From positions 97,092,001-97,156,000 of the forward strand of contig OZ024745.1 in assembly GCA_964016885.1 (NCBI GenBank): a DNA stretch of 64,000 bases. Direction: 5' to 3'. A program made the position numbers and the translations under genes. This DNA is from Eledone cirrhosa (taxonomy: Eukaryota). The notes below the pieces were generated by a model, which was not told the DNA's origin, searched no databases, and saw nothing but the letters and a program-made list of their open reading frames with translations. This document shows, in pieces, positions 54,986 through 64,000 of this stretch. Numbering within the stretch: position 1 is the first letter of the stretch; every line of letters begins with the position of its first letter.

Positions 54986-55294
54986 AAAAATAGGAAATTC
55001 CGGTCTCTCTTCCCTACATGTCTCAGCCCTGGGTGTCCTTTTACATCACGGATCACAGGCCTCGATATATATACAGGGAGCGGGCGAAAGATCCAAGTAC
55101 ACCCTCTTTGTCCGTTCCCTTGTCGTTCCAATTTGGATTGCCTCAGGAACGTAACCTTATTATGTAAGAAGATGTTTGATGAGGTCATGGCACTGGGGCC
55201 ACGGAATAGTGTGGCCACTGTCCTCATTGAAATATGTATCACAGCCTTATCAATAAAGGACTTAAACATCTGAAACTACTTCGCATTTTCTTAT

Positions 55295-55380
<86 letters not shown>

Positions 55381-55967
55381 CACACACACACACACATATA
55401 TATACTTTGCAAAAATGTGTGTGTGTGCCCACATTTTTGCAAAGTCTATATAAATCCACATTTCTATTCCGATTGACTTCAAACTTGCATTTATATATTC
55501 CTTTCGGTCTAAAGATATTAACTGCAGCTTTTATTTTTCAATTTTCTGTTGTTAAAGGGGTGTTAGGCGCCGGTTATCCATCTCCTTCGCGCTCTTATAA
55601 TATATGTCTGTATGCCTAACTGTCTGCATTACGACATTCTGACAAGCATTGATGACGTATTGTGTTCGCTATTTTCCGTTCATTGCCAGGGAACGTCTTC
55701 ACGAACCAAAGTATCGTCTTTCTGTTTTCCTTCGGTTGCAACGTTTTTCGAAATATTTACTTCTGCGTTCACAGATTGGTGTTTTTAGTTTTAGAAGATC
55801 CCGTTAAGGGTGAAAGCAACGATTCTTTGCTTAAACTTTAATCTGTTATTTTAATCTATATATGTATATATATAAAACTGAGGAAGGATGTATGTATGTA
55901 TGTATGTATGTATGTATGTATGTATGTATGTATGTATGTATGTATGTATGTATGTATGTATGTATGC

Positions 55968-57050
55968 AAGTATGAGACAGGTTGTACTGGTAACATGTAT
56001 CCCAGTACAACCTGTCTCATGGTCGAGTCGTTGGCGACTAAACTGGCAACCCCACCAAGGTTTCTTGGTGAGGAGGGTGACTTTGGACATCCTGCAGGAC
56101 TAAAAACAAAACCTGTCAAAGGGCAAAGGAGCTCTTAAGAGTCAATGGCCATCCAAAATCACCGGGAGAGATGACCCCTTAGCCTTTGTCAAGGCAGAAT
56201 TCTAGGAGAAGGAAAACTCTGATATAACACCTGCAACCCTGATGGTATCCAAAGATGTTGACTTGTTCTTCTTTTTGGTAAATATCATCTTGGTTAAGAG
56301 AGTGGGACTGGCTTTGTGCAGTGCCTTTGCTCACTATAAAAGCTTCACGGCACAGGCATTGCTTTATATCTGGAGATCTCTCTGCACTTGTCGTCACATG
56401 GTACCATGGGCCCAGCACTATGTGTCAGTAATTGTCACAAGTGTAGTGTTTGTACCAGAGTTTTCAAGTTGCTGGCTGGACTGAAAAGTCACACTCATTC
56501 AGCGCATCGGTAGGGGTTCTCCTACATGGATATAAAGTAGTGGCCGTACTCGAAAACGAGTTGGCAGCCACCACCATGTATGTATGTATGTATGTATGTA
56601 TGTATGTATGTATGTATGTATGTATGTATGTGTGTATGTCAGATCACCAGTTGGTGCTACTGGTAACATGTATCCCAGTACAACCTGTCTCATGGTCGGG
56701 TCGTTGGAGACTAAACTGGCAACCCCACCAAGGTTTCTTGGTGAGGAGGGTGACACTGGACATCCTGCAGGACTAAAATCAAAACCTGTCAAAGGGCAAA
56801 GGAGCTCTTAATAGTCAATGGCCATCCAAAATCACCGGGAGAGATGACCCCTTAGCCTTTGTCAAGGCAGAATTCTAGGAGAAGGAAAACTCTGATATAA
56901 TACCTGCAACCCTGATGGTATCCAATGATGTTGACTTGGTCTTCTTTTTTGTAAATATCATCTTCGTTAAGAGAGTGGGACTGGCTTTGTGCAGTGCCTT
57001 TGCTCACTATAAAAGCTTCACGGCACAGGCATTGCTTTATATCTGGATAT
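55968..57050 (+). mobile_element. Two tandem copies of a ~400-600-bp non-coding retro-fragment (RTE-like 5' UTR motif) bounded by (TATG)n
   Basis: 55985-56372 is near-identical to 56658-57046. Contains CTAGGAGAAGGAAAACTCTG, recalled as typical of RTE-clade 5' UTRs (not verified). Confidence 0.55.
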
Positions 57051-57069
57051 CTACGTATGTATGTATGTA

Positions 57070-57657
57070 TGTTTTCTCTTTCTCTTAATTTCGAGTATAT
57101 TTTTTTGACCGGCCACCTTCCTGGTGGCAAGGTTGTAAAAGAAAAGAAATTGTCATCCCTTGAATCGCAAGAATGTTTTGCAAATTTTGAAGGTGCCAGC
57201 TATCGCAGCCATTTGCAGACTATGAATTAGGGAGTTGCGCTTTTTGTCCGCAAATCCAAGTTCAGTCATACTTTGGTCCAAGCGCGTTGGTATATAACCC
57301 GTAGCACCAATAATGATGGGTATGAAGCTAAAGGTGTATCTTGGATACTGGATTTGTAAACTCCTCATCAATGGTCCGTAGATGTCCTCCTTCTCCTGTA
57401 TTTTTCTGACAACGTTTACATCAAGTGGGCAGCTGATCTCCACAACAGAACACGTTTTCAATGTGTGGTCCCAAAAAGCAATATCAGGCCGGTTGTGCTT
57501 TAATTTGGTGGCAGTTTTTATTTTCAGGTTCAACCAGTATTCCTTAGTGCCATCTGTCTCAATATATTCTTCCTCGTTTGTTGTTAATTTTGTTTTCCGA
57601 AGTGCGTTCCAGATGGTTCTAGCTATCTCATCGTGTCTCATGGGGAGGTAGTAGCGA
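57070..57657 (-). mobile_element. 3' fragment of a second RLE LINE family in (TACA)n
   Basis: ORF 57153-57641: RHDEIA, HNRPDI..VVEISCP..KEDIY, PIIIGATG. Confidence 0.88.
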
Positions 57658-58594
57658 TGTATGTATGTATGTATGTATGTATGTATGTATGTATGTATGT
57701 ATGTATGTATGTATGTATGTATGTATGTGTGTGTGTATGTGTGTATGTGTGTGTGTGTGTGAAACCCGAGAAGTACTCAACCGATCTTTTTCAAACTTCA
57801 CATGTGTATTACTTATATTTCAGGGAGTGTTATGCACATAAATTCAACTTTTTGATCCCCTAGGGCCCGCATTAGGTGAAAAACTGCGTTTTTTCCAGCA
57901 TTTTAGGGTATTTTTGAGGCGTTAAGTCAGACCTATTTCCTTAAAATTGTAACTATGTATTAGTCAGTCTCTTCTTCATCCCGTGAGCAAAGAAAATCTA
58001 ACTTTGTTATAGCCAAGGGCCCGCATTAGGTGAAAAACTTTATTTTTTTTCAGCTTTTTAGGGCTTTTTTGAGTCGTTACGTCTAGCCGATTTTCCCGAA
58101 ATTTCAAGGCATATTATGCACATGAAACAAATTCATTTTCTTGATCCCCTAGGGCCCGCATTAGGTAAAAACTTGCCTTTTTCCTGTTTCATCGAGGAAA
58201 ATATTAGATTATCTCGCCATCAGAGTATTCGGTTTATTTTATTTACATATTGTCCAGGCATGCAGTTTTTCCACGATTAGGTCTGTTGGCGGCCCGCGTT
58301 CCAAAATACCTTATCCCGTGCAACACCGGGTACCACTGCTAGTATATATATATATATATTTTCATCGGTACCACTGCCGTCATATCTCATATGGGATATA
58401 TATGCATGAGTACTGATTCTGACCAAACTAACGGAATATATATACTACTGTCTAGGAAGACTTCACATGGTGTGTGAGGAACTGCATTGGGTTTTATATG
58501 TAGTTATACATATATATGGTATCGTGTGTGTGTGTGTGTGTTAGAGAATGAGACAGAGAATACTGAATAGAGAAACACAGACATAGACAGACAA

Positions 58595-59553
58595 ACAGAT
58601 AGATCGATAGATAGATAAATTTCTTTATTAGCCACAAGGGCACAAAAGAAGGGGATAATACAAATGGGGATTTTACATACAGGTATATGAAAACAAAACT
58701 ATTAATAAAATAACAAATAACAATTGAAATCCCTAATACGGGGGAGGCGTTACACAGGGGTTGTACACACCCCGAAAAATGTACAACACTCATCTCCGGG
58801 AGCACCAAGAGTGAGTACTCCCTTCCTCTCTTTCTCTTTTTCCTCAACCTACAGGCTTATATAGAAAGAAGGCCCAACCGCTCGGGCCATCTTTGCCACA
58901 TTCACCCACATTTTATAAAATTTGCTGGGGTACAGCACCTCTCTCTCCATCCTGATTCTTCTTCCAAAATGATATTTGAAAAAACGAATCAGTTTGAAGG
59001 GTTTTGGCAGCAGATGAATCTTCTCACCAAAGGAGCCCGTTTCTTCCAAAGGAATTGGAAGAGCGCGCGCTCCATTTTGGTGAGCGTTTTGGCTGGACAA
59101 GGCATGACGGTGAAACGGTAGTAGATGACGGATGCTATAAAAGTGTTCGCCAAGATAAATAGATATATTTCTTTATTAGCCACAGGGGCACAAAAGAAGG
59201 GGACAAATACAAAGGGGGAAGTTTACATACGATAAAAACGTGTAAAATGTTATCACAAATGGAATTTAAAAGTTAGTCGATTTTCCCCAATAGAGGGAGA
59301 CAGTTTATATGGGTAACACATACCCCCGAAAAAAAATGTGCAACCCTCATCTCCAGGAGTACGAAGAGCTTGTACTCCTTTCCTCTCCTCCTCCTTTTCC
59401 TCAACCTACAGGCTGATATAGAGAGAAGGCCCATTCACTCGGGCCATTCTCGCCACTTTCACCCACCTTTCATAAAACTTGCTGGGGTACAGCACCTCTC
59501 TCTCCATCCTGATTCTTCTTCCAAAGTGGTATTTGAAAAAAAAGATAGATAGG

Positions 59554-59600
<47 letters not shown>

Positions 59601-62600
59601 GTAGGTAGGTAGGTAGGTAGGTAGGTAGGTAGGTAGATAGAGAGATAGATATATTTCTTTATTTGCCACAAAGGCGCATAAGAAAAGGGGTCAATACAAA
59701 GACATGCCGGGGATTTTACATACAGTCGTGTAAAAAATATAAAAACAAACAATTATAACAATCGAAATCCCCAATAGGGGGGAAGCGTCACAAATGGGTT
59801 GTTTAATACCCCGTCGATAGAACAACCCTCAACTGAAGGAGCGTGTTGTACAAGTGCTCCTTTCTTTCTTTTGCTCTCTTCTTCAACCTACAGGCTTATA
59901 AACAGAGAAGGCCCAATAACTCGGGCCATTTTCGCTTCATTCACCCACCTTTCAGTAAATTTACTGGGGTGCAGTGCCTCTCTCTCCACTCTGATTCTCC
60001 TTCTAAAGTGATACTTAAAGAAGGGAATCAATTGTTGTCCGGAGAGAAAGGCATCTGTCCTCAGTCCTCTCAATCTCGTCCACCATATAACTTCTTTCAC
60101 CATAGCCACCGTACAGAGGAAAACCGCCTCTCTTTCGTTTTTTAAAGAGGCTGGCGGTTTGATCCTTACTATGGACTCGGCAGTCAACTGGATTTGTCCC
60201 ATAAGCGACAGCAGTTGTTCTGCATAGTTCCACAGGTCGGTTACGCCCGGGCAGTGTACAATTGCGTGCAGGACTGTTTCAATGTCCTGCGCGCATCTTG
60301 GACACGTCTTCTTGGAAGGATCCCTGCCGGGGCGTCCGTGCCTGTAGATTTTGTCACGAACCGGTAGAGCTCCTCAGTAGCACTGCCAGGCCAGGGACCT
60401 CTGGAAGTTGTCCATAGGTCCCGGGCGGAAAGTCCTACCAAACAGACTGGTGAGCTCATCGTCTTCGATGCCCAGAGTCTCTCCGAGCACGTCGTCGCCT
60501 TTGTAACGTACAATCCCTCTATAGAATGTCGAAGTGGAGTCTCCACTGATTGCTGCGCCCGCTTGCCAGAGGACTGTGAGCGCCTGAGCCCATTCAATGT
60601 GCCAGGCGCCCATCGTTTTCGGTCTTTTCTTGACTCAGGACTGCAGCTCTGTCAGCGAGACGAGCTGTGGGAAAGTATGTCTCACAAATGGTGCCCACAC
60701 CGGTTTGGGGTCGGTGAGGAATACCTGGAGATGCCCCAGCCTCAGCGCATGTTTGCGCATCATCAGCCACGGCATTCCCAGCCCTCCGTTGGAAGGGTGC
60801 TGACAGCAGACGGATCTCCTCACCAGCGGAGCCTGCTTCTTCCATAGAAACTGGAAGAGCATGCGTTCCATCTTGGCGAGGTGTTCACGGGGACAAGGCA
60901 CGACAGTCAAGCGGTAGTAGATGACGGACGCTATGAAAGTGTTCGCCACCTCCAGTCGACCTTTCAAGGACAGTTTGCACTCTGCCCACTTCTGGGTGAG
61001 TGCAAACACCTTGGCAAACACCTTGGTGAAAAAGATTTGGAGAAAAAGGGCGAAAGTTGCACTTACCTTTTCGTTTCCTGGAGATCGGGTTGTTCAATCT
61101 CCATTTGGGTGCTGGATGGGGTGTTGGGTGGGTGGGGAAACATTTTAACAGGGCGCGGTTGATGGGTTTCTGGCAGGGGTTGCCAACGTCCTGTGAAAAT
61201 TTATTTTTTATGTCATTATAGGTTTGCATAGAAACCCTTATAAGTTTAAGGTGTGGAGACGATTCTGCCTTGACGAAAGTTTTACCCTCCGTCACCACCT
61301 TGGAGTTTTGGGAGATGACATCCATCAAATTCTTGTTGTTTGTTTTGATGTATGCGTATTGTTGTTTGTGTTTTTGTTGTGTTGTTTTAGTTTGTTGTTC
61401 GTCCAGGATTTTCTTTTTATGGTGGGTGCTTGTGTTTGGGGTGGTGTTGGTGTTGGTTTTGTTGATAGGGGAATGTGTGACTGTGGTGTTGTTTGTGTTG
61501 TTGTTTGTGTCTGTGGTTGTGTGTTGGTGTTGGTGATTGGAGTTTTGGGGGTTTGCTGGTGTCTCTTTTTTTTTTTTTTAGATTTCCGCGGCTCTCCCTC
61601 TTCTTCACTTAAAGAAGGAGAAGCAGCTTCATCCGTCGATGAATAATCATCGTCAGGTGTGTGAGGTAGAGGTATGTTGTGTGGTGGTGGTGTTTCGGTG
61701 TGTGTGTTTGTGGTAGTGTTTGATGGAGTGGGATGGGGTGGGGCTGTGTTCTTCAGGGGTGTTGTCTCTGTTTTTTCTGTTGTTGTTGGTTGAGTGTCTG
61801 TTTGTTTTGGTGTGGTTGCTCGTTTCGTCTGTCGTTGTGCTTGTGGTGGTGGTGGTTGTTTTGGTGTTGGTGTTGGTAATAGTGTTTTTTTAATGATGTT
61901 GTTGTTGTGTGTTTGTGAAGGACAAGAGGCTTTTATGTGTGCTGTGCTACCACAGCGAGAGCAATGAAATTTTCTTCCTTCTACCGAAATGTTTATTTTG
62001 TTGTTTTCATCGATGACGACTCTTTCGGGTATTTTCGAGATTCTCTCCGGCCTCATTTATAACAGAATCTCCAAATCAGTACCCGCCCACCTTTGTCGAA
62101 TAGACTTTAGTATTGAAAGAATCATATTAGTTTCTGGCTCTGCGAAGCCAGCCAAGATCCACCAGATATTAATGTTTGGGGGTATATTTATAGTTTGCAA
62201 AATTTGATATTTTAAAACAATTTTTTAATTAAATGTTCGCCCCTAAAGGGGCGAAAAATGGGATTACTACCCAGCTGACAATTCAGCTTGGAGGTTAATC
62301 TACAAAATAATATGTTTTTTCAAACAATTTGTTCTGTTTTTCGTATATAAATTTACAAAAAATTTACAAAAGAGATAGATAGATAGATAAATAGATAGAT
62401 AGATAGATAGATATCTTTCTTTATTTGCCACAGGGGCGTACAAAAATGGGACATTACAAGACGGGGGTTTTACATAAAAATCATATAATTTTAACATTAA
62501 TAAATAACAATAAACTATATATAATAAAATAACAATTGAAATCCCCAATAGGCGGAACGTTACTGCAGGGTTGTTTTACACCTCGTGTATAGAACAACCC

Positions 62601-64000
62601 TCAACACCAGGAACACGTTTTGTAGGTGTTCCCGTCTTCCCTCTGTTTATCTTCCTCAATCTACAGCTTTATATACAGAGAAGGCCCATTCACTCGGGCT
62701 ATTTTCGCCACATTCACCCACCTTTCAGCGAATTTATTGAGGTGTAGCACCTCTCTCTCCACTCTCACCTTCCTTCTGAAGTGATACTTAAAGAAGGGGA
62801 TAAGTTGTTGTCCGGAGAGAAAGGTGTTTGCCCTCAGTCCTTTTAACCTCGTCCACCATATTATCTCTTTGGCCATAGCCACCATACAGAGAAAAACCGC
62901 CTCTCCCTCATTCTTAAATGAAGGCGGCCGGTTGATCCTCACGATGGACTCAGCTGACAACTGGATCCGTCCCACACGTGACAGTAGCTGTTAGACATAA
63001 TTCCACAGGTCGGTCACTCCTGGGCACTGAACAATTGCGTGCAGAACGGTTTCGATGTCCTGCTCGCATCTTGGACAGGTCCTTTTGGCAGGATCTCGAA
63101 GTGGTAGATCTCGAACTGGTAGCTCCTCGGTAGCACTGCCAGGCCAGAGACCTCTGGAAGTTATCCATAGGCCCTGGACCCCGAGAACGTCGTAGTACTT
63201 ATCCTCCACTAATCCCCTATAAAATGTCGAAGTGGAGTCTCCGCTGATTGCCGTTTACGCTTGGTAGAGGGGTGTGAGCGCCTGTTTCTTCCAGAGGAAC
63301 CTGAAGAGTAGGCGTTCCATGTGCCGAGTTGCAAACCGACAGACTTGTTTGGGTTTAGTCTTGCTCCTGTCAACGTTTCGTATTCCTGTAATAGGTTGCC
63401 GATTACTCTTATTTCCGAGGTTTTCGACACCATTACGGTTATTCCGTCGGCATAGGCCGACGCTGCTTTACGCAGTCCCGGTTCGATCGGGATACATCTT
63501 TTCTGATCAGCGTTACTACGCCTCTGCCTACAGAACTGGGAATCCTCCCGTTCTGCTGACAGTTGCAGTAGATCGCTTCGAGGATGCCAGAGAACAAGTC
63601 TGGCATACCTATGTAAAGCTCATAGGGTAGACCATCTAAACCGGGTAATTTGCGTTTCCCGCAGCGGTCTAGGGCATCTTCTATTTCGCTCGCTGTGATC
63701 GGTCTTTCGCAGCTCTCTGCATCCGTGCTCGAGAGTCGTGGTACGCCGTCGAGGTAGGAACTGAAGTCCTTCACATCGCTCGACGTACCGCTTTGCCCGA
63801 ACAGTTGTGAAAAATGCTGCTGGAAGGCCGCTTGGATTCAAGTAGAATGTGTCCATCTTTGTCTTGTAAAGACCGAATTGTGGATTTGTTGCCACTTTTC
63901 GCCTCTGCCACTCGGGCCCAGCTAACAACTTTGGCCACCTCGTTTCTTCGAGCACGTGTTCTACTTCTGACAATACAACATTCGTGTTTCAAGTTGAAGA
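58595..64000 (-). mobile_element. Second head-to-tail stack of Tx1/L1 copies in (GATA)n
   Basis: Copies at ~58620-59155, ~59165-59545, ~59650-62290 and ~62410-64000 (runs off the window). ORF2 C-terminal motifs are shared and several copies have internal deletions. Confidence 0.92.
61030..62200 (-). pseudogene. Tx1-like ORF1 (gag-type zinc knuckle plus P/T/Q-rich tail), disrupted
   Basis: CSRCGSTAHIKASC = CX2CX4HX4C in ORF 61325-62056. Reading frame continues upstream past one stop. Confidence 0.75.

Larger units (their letters stand above)
55855..58342 (+). mobile_element. Non-autonomous Helitron carrying nested LINE fragments in its (TATG)n tract
   Basis: A|TCTATATATG start; CCCGTGCAACACCGGG hairpin; CTAG|T end. 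Confidence 0.7.

Noticed and set aside
56640-56720. HDV-like ribozyme at the start of the tandem fragment
   Set aside because: CCAGT/ACTGG and CTAA are suggestive, but no valid P3/L3 could be built.

Overview
AT-rich, microsatellite-saturated animal DNA made almost entirely of transposon remains. An Octopus-like cephalopod is inferred from the SINE family and the (TA)n/(TG)n/(GATA)n load. I found no supportable host gene; most long ORFs in the track are translated microsatellites. Contents: two Penelope-like elements (PLEs; one Neptune-like, one Naiad-like), several Dong/R4-type RLE LINEs, two stacks of Tx1/L1 copies in (GATA)n, about 11 tRNA-derived SINE copies, three non-autonomous Helitrons and a SINE-derived 33-bp minisatellite. 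The main hidden signal, read by eye, is about 18 type I hammerhead ribozyme (HHR) motifs from roughly 11 sequence families, plus several HHR 3' halves. Most lie 30-170 nt upstream of a (TA)n or (TG)n run. They include core variants (U3-A8 covariant, U4C, U4A, U10.1-U11.1) and two non-coding tandem units of 501 and 591 nt resembling retrozymes. Several palindromes have their axis in the HHR stem II loop, suggesting fold-back priming on the ribozyme hairpin. All folds are manual pairings and none was computed or tested.
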